Shown piece after piece: positions 32,619-42,779 of a stretch of DNA of 57,523 bases. The stretch comes from Patescibacteria group bacterium. GTDB lineage: Bacteria > Patescibacteriota > Gracilibacteria > JAHISY01. The first letter of the stretch is position 1. Each line of letters starts with the position of its first letter. Both the position numbers and the translations under genes were made by a program. The stretch lies in contig JAZDPN010000073.1 of NCBI GenBank assembly GCA_043797545.1, forward strand, positions 1-57,523, read 5' to 3'. The notes beneath the pieces are model-generated. The model had not been told where the DNA came from. It made no database searches and saw only the letters and a list, made by a program, of their open reading frames with translations.

Positions 32619-35045
32619 ATGAAAACCCAAACAAAAACCAAGCCTTTCATCCTCTGGTTCGACCAGCTCGGAATCGAGGACGTCCCGAGCGTGGGCGGCA
32701 AAAATGCTTCACTCGGCGAGATGTACCGCAACCTTTCTAAAAGGGGCGTGCGTGTACCAAACGGTTTCGCGATCACGGCGCACGCTTACCATTATTTGCT
32801 TGAAAAAGGTGGCGTGAAAAATGCGATCAAAAAAGCGCTCACTGGTCTCGACACACGTGATGTCGCCGATCTCGCGCGGCGCGGCGCGAAAGTTCGGGAA
32901 ATAATTTTGGCGACGCCTTTTCCGGCCGATCTCGCCGAGGAAATCAAAATCGCGTACAAAAAACTTTCGCAAAATTACAAAAGGGTGAATGTCGATGTCG
33001 CGGTACGCAGCAGCGCAACGGCGGAAGATTTGCCGGATGCGAGCTTCGCTGGCCAGCAAGAAACTTATTTGAATATTTCCGGCCCGACCCAGTTGATTGA
33101 AGCTTGTCAAAAATGTTTCGCTTCGCTTTTCACGAATCGCGCGATCAGCTACCGCGAAGACAAACATTTTGATCATTTTTCCATCGGACTCTCGATCGCA
33201 GTGCAAAAAATGGTGCGCTCCGACTTAGCTTGCAGCGGCGTGATGTTTTCGATCGATACGGAGAGTGGTTTCCGCGAGTCAGTGTTAATCAACGGTTCGT
33301 GGGGTTTGGGTGAGAATGTCGTGCAAGGTGCAGTCACACCAGATGAGTTTTTTGTTTTTAAGCCGACACTAAAAAAAGGGAAGCGCCCAATCTTGTCGAA
33401 AAAAGTCGGCAGCAAAACGATCAAGATGGTTTACGCGACCGATGGAAATAAACCGACTGTGAATATCAAAACGCCGACTGAGGAACGCAAAAAATTGGTT
33501 TTGAACGACGATGAAGTTTTGCAGCTCGCACGCTGGGCCTGCATCATCGAAGATCATTATTCGGCGAAAGCCGGGCACTTCAAACCGATGGACATGGAGT
33601 GGGCGAAGGACGGCCAAACGGGACAACTTTTCATCGTCCAGGCGCGACCGGAAACAGTCCAGTCGCGTCGCGATTTGTCCGTCCTAGAAACTTATGAGCT
33701 GAAAAAGGGGGGCACTGTGATTGTCGAGGGTGCACCCGTCGGCGAAAAAATCGGAGCAGGCAAAGCCAAGATCATCAAGAGCGCCCATGAAATCGGGCAG
33801 TTCAAAAAGGGTGAGGTTTTGGTAACCGACATTACCGATCCGGACTGGGAGCCGATCATGAAAATCGCAAGCGCAATCGTGACGAATCGCGGCGGTCGAA
33901 CTTGTCACGCGGCGATTGTCTCGCGCGAACTCGGGATTCCGTGCGTCGTCGGGACGCGCGACGCGACCGCGAAAATTAAAACTGGTAAAGATATCACGGT
34001 TTCTTGTTCCGAAGGCGAGATCGGCAAGGTCTATGCTGGAAAATTGCCGTTTGAGATTAAAAAAGTGAATCTCAAAAATCTGCAACGGCCGAAAACTAAA
34101 ATGATGATGAATCTCGCTTCGCCGGACGAAGCTTTTTCTCAGTCGTTCGTGCCTAATGACGGAGTAGGACTGGCGCGGGAAGAATTCGTGATTAACTCGT
34201 ATATCAAAATTCATCCGCTCGCGCTTTTGAATTTCGAGAAATTGAAAGATGCTGACGCGAAAAAACAAATCGCCGAACTGACTTACGGTTACAAAAATAA
34301 AGCCGATTATTTTGTCGAAAAACTCGCCCAGGGAATTTCGATGATCGGCGCGGCGTTTTACCCGAAAGATGTGATCGTCCGGCTTTCCGATTTCAAATCG
34401 AATGAATACGCGAATTTGATCGGCGGCCGCGAATTCGAACCGCACGAGGAAAATCCGATGATCGGCTGGCGCGGCGCGAGTCGCTATTACGATCCGAAAT
34501 ATCGTGACGCTTTCGCACTGGAGTGCAAGGCTTTGAGAAAAGTCCGGGAAGAAATGGGCCTGACGAACGTGAAGATTATGATTCCGTTTTGTCGGACGGT
34601 CGAGGAAGGTGAAAAAGTCCAGGCCGAGATGAAAAAGCACGGTTTGGAACGCGGTAAGAATGGTTTGCAGATTTATGTGATGTGCGAGATCCCTTCGAAT
34701 GTGATTCTCGCGGAAGACTTCTGTAAAATTTTTGACGGTTTCTCGATCGGTTCGAATGACCTCACGCAATTAACTTTGGGCGTCGATCGCGATAGCCAAT
34801 TGGTCAGTCATGTTTACAACGAACGCAATGCGGCCGTGAAAAATTTAATTTCGCACGTCATAAAAGTCGCCAAGAAAAACAAACGCAAAATTGGCATTTG
34901 TGGACAAGCGCCGAGCGATTTCCCAGACTTCGCGCGATTTTTGGCGAAGGAGGGAATCGATTCGATTTCGCTAACCCCAGATTCTCTGCTAAAAACTACG
35001 ATCGACATCGCCAAGCTGGAAAAGCGAAAATCTAGCGGAAAATAA
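32619..35045 (+). CDS. ppsA: Phosphoenolpyruvate synthase
   Basis: Motifs VGGKNASLGEM, phosphohistidine GGRTCHAAIVSRELGIPCVVG, and the C-terminal PEP-utilizer TIM barrel GSNDLTQ. Confidence 0.9.
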   Translation: MKTQTKTKPFILWFDQLGIEDVPSVGGKNASLGEMYRNLSKRGVRVPNGFAITAHAYHYLLEKGGVKNAIKKALTGLDTRDVADLARRGAKVREIILATPFPADLAEEIKIAYKKLSQNYKRVNVDVAVRSSATAEDLPDASFAGQQETYLNISGPTQLIEACQKCFASLFTNRAISYREDKHFDHFSIGLSIAVQKMVRSDLACSGVMFSIDTESGFRESVLINGSWGLGENVVQGAVTPDEFFVFKPTLKKGKRPILSKKVGSKTIKMVYATDGNKPTVNIKTPTEERKKLVLNDDEVLQLARWACIIEDHYSAKAGHFKPMDMEWAKDGQTGQLFIVQARPETVQSRRDLSVLETYELKKGGTVIVEGAPVGEKIGAGKAKIIKSAHEIGQFKKGEVLVTDITDPDWEPIMKIASAIVTNRGGRTCHAAIVSRELGIPCVVGTRDATAKIKTGKDITVSCSEGEIGKVYAGKLPFEIKKVNLKNLQRPKTKMMMNLASPDEAFSQSFVPNDGVGLAREEFVINSYIKIHPLALLNFEKLKDADAKKQIAELTYGYKNKADYFVEKLAQGISMIGAAFYPKDVIVRLSDFKSNEYANLIGGREFEPHEENPMIGWRGASRYYDPKYRDAFALECKALRKVREEMGLTNVKIMIPFCRTVEEGEKVQAEMKKHGLERGKNGLQIYVMCEIPSNVILAEDFCKIFDGFSIGSNDLTQLTLGVDRDSQLVSHVYNERNAAVKNLISHVIKVAKKNKRKIGICGQAPSDFPDFARFLAKEGIDSISLTPDSLLKTTIDIAKLEKRKSSGK

Positions 35046-37407
35046 GCGTCGCAATAATTCGGCCGTCGGAACTTTGCGCTAAACCAATTGCGACTTTGGT
35101 TTTGGCGGAATCAGTAAAAGTCGTTTCGCTTAAACCCTCTACGATTTGAGCAAGCTGTCCAGCCGAGACGATGAAGCTCGCGAAACCACCCGAATATCCC
35201 GCCGCTCGGACGAAGTTTTCGAGGGAGTCATTGTCTTTTGTGAAAGCTGTAAAATTTTCGGCGACCATCTTGGCACTCCACGCTTGAGCAGACGGCTCGA
35301 GTAAAGAATCAGTCGCAAAAGCGGAGGCGCTATTTTCCGCACGACGCGCGTTGATTAAGCCCAAGAGCTGTGATTTGAATTCGGACAAGTTTTGGGCTGT
35401 CAGGGGATCGGCTGAAAATTCTTGGACGAAAATAAGACGGCCGAGCGGGTCTTTGGCAACGCCCAGCCCGACCCGAGTCCATTCCGGAGCGAGGATATTT
35501 TCGCGATGAGCGGGCGAGCGCAACAAGCCTTCGTGGGCGTATTCTGTCTTGGAATCGCGCGCTAGATTTTCGCCGACAGGAAGTGCCAATCCGGCCAGTT
35601 TGCGGCGCGCCTCGGGATCGCGACCGGCCGGATCGATGTGGCCGAAGAAATTTTGGCTGGCCATTTGATCGGCATAATTTTGGGCGAAAGCGGAAAGCTG
35701 CTCGTCTAGATTAACTTTGGAAAGTTGCTGTTGGGCGCGGAAATCGTTAACTAATTTCAGCCAAACTGCACGCTCGCGGGTCAGAGAAATTTTGGCATCC
35801 GGATCGGGCTGTTCGCGTAAATCATCGAAGTCCGGCAAGAGGGGTAATTCGCCGGGAAAATACAAAGGGTGATTGAGGACGGCAATCCCGTTCGTGCCGT
35901 TAATTTCAAGGAAATAAATTCCTTCTTCGGGAAGTTGCAAGTTGAGACCAAAAGTTTCCCCGGCTGAAATTTTGTCTGCGTCGACGATTGGTACGACCTC
36001 GACTTTGCCGCGGGGATTAATCAGGTAGGCTTCGCTTTCAAGGTCGGTTTTGGCGGTCGCGGAAAGAGAAAGGCGCGGCGAGCGATAAGTTGGCAGGTTA
36101 GAAATCACAAGTTTGTCTTGGTCAAAAGTTGAAAAATAGTGTCGGCCGAGATTGACCGTCGCGATCTCTCCAGCAAGCCAATCACTGCGTGGCTCGAAGC
36201 TCCAGCCGTTGGTTGAGCGTGCGCTGAAAACCTGGAACGTGGCCGATCCCGTTGTGAAATTTCGGAAATCAGCTGGGTCAAGTGCAACCGAGTTTTGCCC
36301 GACCGAGATTAATTTCTCGACTCTATTTTGGCCTTGGCGAATCACAAGACGGAAAATGTTGTTACCCGAACCGACCCAGGAAATCGTCGGCTTATTGTCG
36401 ACCAGGCTGGTAGTGAGACTAATCGGTGGTGAACCACTCACGGCTGCCGTTGCAGGAGCACACTCGCGAGGCAAGACGTCAATCGTAACGGCCGAATTGG
36501 AGTTGGTGGTCACCGGAATGACTGAAAAATTATAGCTACCGGGCGCGGCGAAGCTGATTGGGACTGCGAAATTCAGGTCAGCAGAACTAGCGGTAAAGTG
36601 TTTTTGGGTTTTGTCGGCGCGACTTTCGAGAACAGCGGAAACGCTGTCGGCTGGGCTGGCGAGCGAACCGCGCAGGATAAAAATCTCGTTTTCGTAAAAA
36701 ACATTGGGGAGTTCTGTCGCGAGAGTCAACCCGCGAAAATAGCTTGGGGAAATTGTATGGGCATTCCCGAGCATTCTCGGACAGGCATTTTCGATCCGTG
36801 TGCGAAAACGGTAAACGATTTCGGCGAGGGCACCACGCGTGAGCGGAGTGGCCGGAAAAACCTTATTGTGGGCGTCGGGATCAACCAGCTCGAAAGTTTG
36901 GGCGTAAAAAAGAAACGGATTGTACCAGGCATTTTTTTCGGAATCCGCAAAAAGCTGGTAGCTAACTGAATAATTTTCAAGCGGAACCGAGTTCGCGTTG
37001 AGAAGGATTTTCAAAGCCTCGACCAGGTTGACGGTTTGCTCCGGACGAAAGGTGCCATCGGGATAACCGGCAACGACAGAGCTTTGGCGGCCGGAAAAAA
37101 CGAAGGGGGCGAACCAGGCGCTTTTGGGAACATCGGGGAAAACATCCTGGGAAGGGTTTTGTATTCCGGCTCCGCTCGCTAGTAAAAGAATTTTAAGCGC
37201 TTCGGCACGATTGACTGAATTTTCTGGCCGGAACGTGCCGTCAGGATAGCCTGAAATAATTCCCTCTCGAGAAAGGTAGTCGATTGCTACAGCGTTTGGG
37301 TTGTCGCCTACAACGTCAGGAAAAACTGCTGCCTGTGCTAAAGCAGCGCTCGCGAAGAAAAACAGCGCCCCAAAAAGGGAGTTTCGAAAAGCGTTGGTTT
37401 TTATCAC
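35032..37407 (-). CDS. Secreted SLH-domain protein with a C-terminal CAP/SCP domain
   Basis: Signal peptide, three FPDV...GYPDGTFRPE SLH repeats, and a C-terminal FGHIDPAG...HRENIL CAP motif. Confidence 0.7.
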   Translation of the reverse strand: MIKTNAFRNSLFGALFFFASAALAQAAVFPDVVGDNPNAVAIDYLSREGIISGYPDGTFRPENSVNRAEALKILLLASGAGIQNPSQDVFPDVPKSAWFAPFVFSGRQSSVVAGYPDGTFRPEQTVNLVEALKILLNANSVPLENYSVSYQLFADSEKNAWYNPFLFYAQTFELVDPDAHNKVFPATPLTRGALAEIVYRFRTRIENACPRMLGNAHTISPSYFRGLTLATELPNVFYENEIFILRGSLASPADSVSAVLESRADKTQKHFTASSADLNFAVPISFAAPGSYNFSVIPVTTNSNSAVTIDVLPRECAPATAAVSGSPPISLTTSLVDNKPTISWVGSGNNIFRLVIRQGQNRVEKLISVGQNSVALDPADFRNFTTGSATFQVFSARSTNGWSFEPRSDWLAGEIATVNLGRHYFSTFDQDKLVISNLPTYRSPRLSLSATAKTDLESEAYLINPRGKVEVVPIVDADKISAGETFGLNLQLPEEGIYFLEINGTNGIAVLNHPLYFPGELPLLPDFDDLREQPDPDAKISLTRERAVWLKLVNDFRAQQQLSKVNLDEQLSAFAQNYADQMASQNFFGHIDPAGRDPEARRKLAGLALPVGENLARDSKTEYAHEGLLRSPAHRENILAPEWTRVGLGVAKDPLGRLIFVQEFSADPLTAQNLSEFKSQLLGLINARRAENSASAFATDSLLEPSAQAWSAKMVAENFTAFTKDNDSLENFVRAAGYSGGFASFIVSAGQLAQIVEGLSETTFTDSAKTKVAIGLAQSSDGRIIATLIFR

Positions 37408-37467
37408 CTGGGAATTTTCTCAAATTTTTTTGTCGCGGTAAAATTCTGGCAACTTAACCCCAACCTC

Positions 37468-37716
37468 ATGCTAAAACCAGTCTCGCTCGGTTTGGCGTTC
37501 GGGATTTTGTGGGGCGCCGCTTTGGCGATCTGCATCATCCTCACCAAACTCACCGGCTATCCGGGAGCGGCGTTTTACGCACCCCTACAGGCTATTTACT
37601 TTGGTGTGGAAATTTCGTGGCTCGGCGCGCTCTTCGGCGCCCTTTGCGGGTTTGTCGACGGGTTTTTCGGCGGACTAATTTTCGGTTGGCTTTACAATTT
37701 GTTCGCTCGCAAATAA
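37468..37716 (+). CDS. Small membrane protein (3 TM, Gly-rich)
   Basis: ORF with clear TM helices. No family assigned. Confidence 0.45.
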   Translation: MLKPVSLGLAFGILWGAALAICIILTKLTGYPGAAFYAPLQAIYFGVEISWLGALFGALCGFVDGFFGGLIFGWLYNLFARK

Positions 37717-37719
37717 TTA

Positions 37720-37968
37720 TTATTTGCGCGAAAAGACCCAAGGCGGAAGCAGGAGGGCAAGCAAGACGAACCAGCCGTTTTGGAAATAAATCGCGGCCGC
37801 GATCGCGGCGAAAAACGTGATTGAGGCGAGCAGGCAGTTGCGCTTCAATTTTTCGAGACCTGTCGTAAAAATTTTGAACTGCGGCGGCACAGAATTTTTT
37901 GGCGGCGATTTTTTTTCGAGCGTCGAGCCGACGACTTCACCTTCGAGAATTTCTGAATCTTGATTCAT
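37720..37968 (-). CDS. Small membrane protein
   Basis: 82-aa ORF with two TM helices. Its stop overlaps the methyltransferase gene context (ATGA-type overlap at 37965-37968). Confidence 0.4.
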   Translation of the reverse strand: MNQDSEILEGEVVGSTLEKKSPPKNSVPPQFKIFTTGLEKLKRNCLLASITFFAAIAAAIYFQNGWFVLLALLLPPWVFSRK

Positions 37969-38624
37969 TTTTCAGCAAGAACGATTAAATTGCGACCGCG
38001 CAGAAAGTTAGATTTTTGGGCGTGTCGCGCGTAAAGAATTCTAATCTTTTTGAATCCGGCACTCGCGAAAAGTTCGCGGAGTTCGGATTTTGTGAATGCA
38101 TACACCCGACGCGCACTTTTTCCCGCGAACGGAATTTCGAGTTCGCGCGATTTTTGGACAAGAAAATATTTCCAAAAACGCGGCTGCCACAAATTCCAAG
38201 TCGTGAGAAAAATTTTCCCACCCGGGCGCAAGCTGTCGTGAAGATTTTGGAGCGCCTTTTTTTGGTCAGCGGAATTTTCGAGATGGTGCAAAACGGCGAT
38301 ACAAAAAACCGCGTCGGCCGTATTTTTTTGCTGTAAATCTAGGATGTTTTGCGTAGCGAATTTTTGACGCGGAAAATTTTTCTTGGCCAGCGCGATTAAT
38401 TTTTTGGAAGAATCGAAGCCGAAATACGCGCCGCGAAACTTATTTTTCTGCAGCCAAAAATTGAGCCGGCCGTTGCCGCAACCGGCGTCCAGAATTTTTT
38501 TAGAACGCAAAAGGTCTTTGGCGAACTCGAATTCGCCCCAAGCGTTTTGGCGCGAAGCGTCCCAGTTTTTTGCGTTAAAATCGTAAAAATTGGATGGCAA
38601 AAGTATGAATTTCGACAAAATCAT
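37965..38624 (-). CDS. Class I SAM-dependent methyltransferase
   Basis: Motif I ILDAGCGNGR and the post-I/II pattern. Confidence 0.75.
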   Translation of the reverse strand: MILSKFILLPSNFYDFNAKNWDASRQNAWGEFEFAKDLLRSKKILDAGCGNGRLNFWLQKNKFRGAYFGFDSSKKLIALAKKNFPRQKFATQNILDLQQKNTADAVFCIAVLHHLENSADQKKALQNLHDSLRPGGKIFLTTWNLWQPRFWKYFLVQKSRELEIPFAGKSARRVYAFTKSELRELFASAGFKKIRILYARHAQKSNFLRGRNLIVLAEK

Positions 38625-40115
38625 TTTAGAAGCGATTGCGAAAAAAGTCGCGACCGAAAAAGATTTGCGCGAGTTGAAAATCCGGTCGGCCGGAAATTCC
38701 GGGCGACTCGCGAAAAATTCTGAATTGGTCGAGGCTTATTTAAGTTTGTTGAAAAAGCGGAAAATCAAGGTGAATCCGGTTTTGGAAAAGCTTTTGAAAA
38801 AGGCGCGCATCCGCACTTTGTCCGGCGTCGCGCCGATCGCGGTGCTCACCGCACCGATGGGCTGCCCGGGAAAATGCGTTTTTTGTCCGACGGAAGAACG
38901 CATGCCAAAAAGTTATTTGTCGAATGAACCGGCCGTGATGCGCGCGGTTCGCGCAAAATTCGATCCGTTTCGCCAGGTGAAAGATCGGCTGAAAGCGCTC
39001 GAAAGTTGCGGCCACCCGACTGAGAAAATCGAATTGATCGTGATGGGCGGAACTTTTTCGGCACATCCGCGGAAATACCAAACTTGGTTTGTGAAAAGAT
39101 GTTTCGCGGCGCTGAATTCGCGAAAAGCGAAATCAAATTCGACCGAGGACCTGAAGTCAGCGAATGAAAAATCGAAACATCGGTTGGTCGGGTTGACGCT
39201 CGAGACACGCCCGGATTTTTTGGACGCAGCCGAAATAAAAAGATTTTTGGAGCTCGGTGCGACGCGCGTCGAGATCGGCGTGCAAAACTTGGACGACCGG
39301 ATTTTGAAAATTTCGAAACGCGGCCACGATGCGGCAGCTTCGGCGCGAGCGATCGCGCTTTTGAAAAAAAACGGACTGAAGATCGGAATTCATATGATGC
39401 CGAATTTGCCCGGCGCGACACCACAAAGTGATTTCAAAATGTTTCGTGAAATTTTTGAGAATGAAAAGTGGCGGCCGGACCAAATCAAAATTTATCCGAC
39501 TGTGCTCGTCGCGAATACTGAACTCGAAAAACTTTGGCGCGCCGGAAAATGGAGGCCTTATTCGGACGAAGTTTTGACTGGGCTTTTGGTCAAAGTTAAA
39601 GCGCTCGTGCCGCCGTGGGTGAGATTAACGCGAGTGATTCGCGACATTCCGGCCGAGTCGATTTTGGCGGGCAGCAAACTCACGAATTTGCGGCAAATTT
39701 TGCAGCAAAAAAAGTTGTTTGTGCGTGCATTCGTTGTCGGGAAATCCGCGGCGAAAATTTTGATGCGAAAAAAGTCAAGCTCGTGCAGCGCGAATATCGG
39801 GCAAGCGGCGGCACGGAAATTTTTTTGAGTTTCGAGCTCGGCGAAAAATTGATTTCGCTTTTGCGCTTGAGGCTGGACGAAAAAGCGACGATCCGCGAGC
39901 TGCACACTTTTGGCGAAGAAGTCGGAATTTCTCAGGCAGGTAATTCACAGCATCGCGGCTTTGGAAAAAGGTTGATCGCGGAAGCTGAACGAATTGCTAA
40001 AAAATCTGGCTTCGAAAAATTGCGCATCATTTCGGGAATCGGCGTCCGACCGTATTACCGTAAATTGGGCTATCGCCTCGATCGGGCTAAAATTTTTGTC
40101 GAGAAAAGCTTATGA
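38605..40115 (+). pseudogene. elp3: Elp3-like radical SAM/GNAT tRNA-modification enzyme, reading frame broken at an A7 run (39707-39713)
   Basis: Radical SAM CPGKCVFCP and RVIRDIPA in frame 1. CIRCREIRG...YRASGGTEIFLSFE...QHRGFGKRLI (GNAT) continues in frame 3. The two parts overlap at GCAGCAAAAAAAGTTG. Confidence 0.75.
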
Positions 40116-40978
40116 AACTTTTTGCTAAACAAATCGCCGAGTTAAATTTGCGAAATCGCGAATACCGCGATTTTGTCGCGAAATTACTGGGTTTTTTATT
40201 GAAAGCCGATTTGGGGGAAGGCGACCTGACGACAAAATTATTGTCTCGGCCGCGACAAAAAGTTCGCGCGCGCGTCGTCGCGAAGTCGAGTGGAATTTTG
40301 GCGGGCGTCGCCGAGTTGAAATTTTTTTGGGAGCAAAACGGCATCCGAATTTTGTCCGCGAAAAAAGATGGAGCAAAAATCAAAAAAGGCGATTTGGTTT
40401 TGGAAATCGCTGGCCCGGCTGAAAAAATTCTAGCGGCGGAACGAGTCGGCCTGAATCTGCTCGGCAGAATGTCGGGCGTCGCGACCGCGGCGGAAAAACT
40501 CGCGCGGAAAATCGGACGCGGAAAATTCGCGGCGACACGCAAAACTCCGCTCGGAATTTTGGATTCGCGCGCGGTCGTCGTCGGCGGCGGACTTCCACAC
40601 CGGCTGAATTTGGGTGATCAAATTTTGGTGAAAGAAAATCACCGCGCAGTCGAAGCAAATTGTTGGCAAAAAATTCCGACGGGGAATGTTTTTGAAATCG
40701 AGGCGGATTCACCGAAGTTGGCACTCGAAATTGCGACGCGTTTCGCAAACGCGAAAAATCTAATTTTGATGCTCGACAATTTTTCGATTGCACAGTTTCG
40801 GAAAACGGCTGTTGCGATTCGGAAAATAAACCCGCGGATAATTTTGGAGGCGAGCGGCGGGGTTGATGAAAAATCCGCCGGGAAATTTTTGCGCGCTGGG
40901 GCAGATTTTGTCTCGCTCGGGAAACTAACGAATTCTGTCGCGGTTGTCGATTTTAGTTTAAAAATTTTGACAAAATGA
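40112..40978 (+). CDS. nadC: Nicotinate-nucleotide pyrophosphorylase (carboxylating)
   Basis: Motif TRKTPLGILDSRAVVVGGGLPHRLNLGDQILVKENH. ATGA overlaps on both sides. Confidence 0.85.
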   Translation: MKLFAKQIAELNLRNREYRDFVAKLLGFLLKADLGEGDLTTKLLSRPRQKVRARVVAKSSGILAGVAELKFFWEQNGIRILSAKKDGAKIKKGDLVLEIAGPAEKILAAERVGLNLLGRMSGVATAAEKLARKIGRGKFAATRKTPLGILDSRAVVVGGGLPHRLNLGDQILVKENHRAVEANCWQKIPTGNVFEIEADSPKLALEIATRFANAKNLILMLDNFSIAQFRKTAVAIRKINPRIILEASGGVDEKSAGKFLRAGADFVSLGKLTNSVAVVDFSLKILTK

Positions 40979-42390
40979 AAACTGATTTTCTCGTCGTCGG
41001 CTCTGGAATCGCCGGACTCACTTCGGCCTTATTCCTGGCGAAAAAGGGCAATGTGCTGATCGCAACGAAAAAAAATTTACTCGAGTCGTCGTCGCGCTTT
41101 GCACAAGCTGGCGTCGCTGCCGTGCGCAATTTCAAGTGGGATTCGTTCGACGAACATTTCGCCGACACGCTCGTCGCCGGCTGCCAAGTCAATGACCGAA
41201 AGGCGACGCGCTTTTTGGTCGAAAATGCGCCGAAATTGGTCGACTGGCTTGAGTCGGAAATCGGCGTGAAATTCGCGAAAGAGCCGACACGCGAAGCGGC
41301 GCACTCTCACTCGCGCGTATGGAACACGAACGATTCGACTGGCGAAACGATCGAAAAAGCGCTCGCGCGAAAAGTTCGCGCAAATCGGAGAATTCGCGTT
41401 TTGGAAAAAACGACTTTACTAGATTTGATTTTGGAAAAAGGAATTTGCCGCGGTGCGTGGCTACTGCGAAACGGAAAAGTTGAATCTGTTTTCGCAAGCA
41501 AGGTAATTCTCGCAACAGGTGGTTTCGGGCAGCTTTTCGCGAAATCGACAAATCCGGAGGTTTCAGTCGGCGACGGGATCGCGGCAGCCGCACGCGCCGG
41601 CGCAAAATTAAAAGATTTGGAATTTATTCAATTTCACCCGACCGCACTCGTCGGCAAACAAACGCGGCTGACTTTGTTTTCGGAAAGTCTCCGCGGGGAA
41701 GGCGCGGTACTGCGCAACTCGCGCGGCGAAAGATTTTTGCCGAGTTATCATCCCGCCGCCGAACTCGCCCCGCGCGATGTAGTCGCGCGCGCGATTTTCG
41801 CGGAATTGAAAAATGGTCCGGTTTTTCTCGACTTCACGCGCGCGAGCGCAAAGTTCTTATCAAATCGCTTTCCGTTAATTTGGGGCGAAGTGAAGAAAGC
41901 CGGCTTCGACTTGTCGAAAGATTTGATCCCAATTTTCCCGGTCGCGCATTACTCCTGCGGCGGTGTCGCAGTAAATTTGCGTGGCGAAACGTCAGTGTCG
42001 AATTTGCTCGCGGTCGGCGAAGTCGCACGTACCGGATTGCATGGCGCGAACCGACTCGCTTCGAATTCGCTCGCTGAGGCGCTCGTTTTCGGAAAATTTT
42101 TGGGCGAAACGGCGCAACTTTCGAAAGTTGACGAATTTAAAGTCAGGCCGCCAAAATTTACTTTCAGCCTGAAAGAAGATTTGAAAATCCGGCAAAAAGT
42201 CCGGGGAATAATGTGGGAAAAGGTCGGAATCGTCCGCACGAAAAAAGGACTCGCGGCGGCAGTCGCCGAGCTCGGGAAGCTGCGACCAAAAAGTTTAGTT
42301 GCGCGAAATGCAGTGCTCGTTGCGTCGCTCGTCGCGAATTCAGCAAAAAAACGAACAAAAAGCCTCGGGACGCATTTTTTGGCGAAATAA
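40975..42390 (+). CDS. nadB: L-aspartate oxidase
   Basis: FAD motif DFLVVGSGIAGL plus the RFAQAGVAAV, HPT and HYSCGGV motifs. Confidence 0.85.
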   Translation: MKTDFLVVGSGIAGLTSALFLAKKGNVLIATKKNLLESSSRFAQAGVAAVRNFKWDSFDEHFADTLVAGCQVNDRKATRFLVENAPKLVDWLESEIGVKFAKEPTREAAHSHSRVWNTNDSTGETIEKALARKVRANRRIRVLEKTTLLDLILEKGICRGAWLLRNGKVESVFASKVILATGGFGQLFAKSTNPEVSVGDGIAAAARAGAKLKDLEFIQFHPTALVGKQTRLTLFSESLRGEGAVLRNSRGERFLPSYHPAAELAPRDVVARAIFAELKNGPVFLDFTRASAKFLSNRFPLIWGEVKKAGFDLSKDLIPIFPVAHYSCGGVAVNLRGETSVSNLLAVGEVARTGLHGANRLASNSLAEALVFGKFLGETAQLSKVDEFKVRPPKFTFSLKEDLKIRQKVRGIMWEKVGIVRTKKGLAAAVAELGKLRPKSLVARNAVLVASLVANSAKKRTKSLGTHFLAK

Positions 42391-42399
42391 TCGCAAAAA

Positions 42400-42417
42400 T
42401 GGTGCGCCCGGCAGGAT
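42400..42417 (-). repeat. Direct copy of the 3' 18 nt of tRNA-Arg(TCG)
   Basis: TGGTGCGCCCGGCAGGAT is identical to 42593-42610, in the same orientation. Confidence 0.9.
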
Positions 42418-42555
42418 AAATTCGCCATGGGCGAATTGGGCTGCTGCGTCGCTCGCGCACGACAAACAGCTACGCTGTTGTCGCGACTCGCTATCCTCGC
42501 AGAACGAACCTCGCTTGCTTCGCTGCGCGGCAAATTTTCACCACGCCCGACAACC

Positions 42556-42582
42556 ACGCAAAACCTGCCCGCTTCGCGGGTC
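42556..42582 (-). terminator. Intrinsic terminator after tRNA-Arg(TCG)
   Basis: On the minus strand: CCCGC-GAA-GCGGG followed by CAGGTTTT. Confidence 0.5.
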
Positions 42583-42592
42583 AGAACTTGCG

Positions 42593-42669
42593 TGGTGCGC
42601 CCGGCAGGATTCGAACCTGCAACCCCCGGTTCCGAAGACCAGTGCTCTATCCAGTTGAGCCACGGGCGC
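42593..42669 (-). tRNA. tRNA-Arg (anticodon TCG), CCA encoded
   Basis: The reverse complement folds with acceptor GCGCCCG/CGGGCGC, D arm GCTCAACTGGATAGAGC, anticodon loop CTTCGGA, and T arm GCAGG-TTCGAAT-CCTGC. Confidence 0.85.
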
Positions 42670-42779
42670 GCGCCGCGATTTTAGCATTTTTACTGGGAAA
42701 TAATCCTTGATTTTGGCAAGTCTTCGTGATTGAGGAAAATGCTTAAAAATGCTAAAATGTCCGGATTTAAAAGCCAAAA

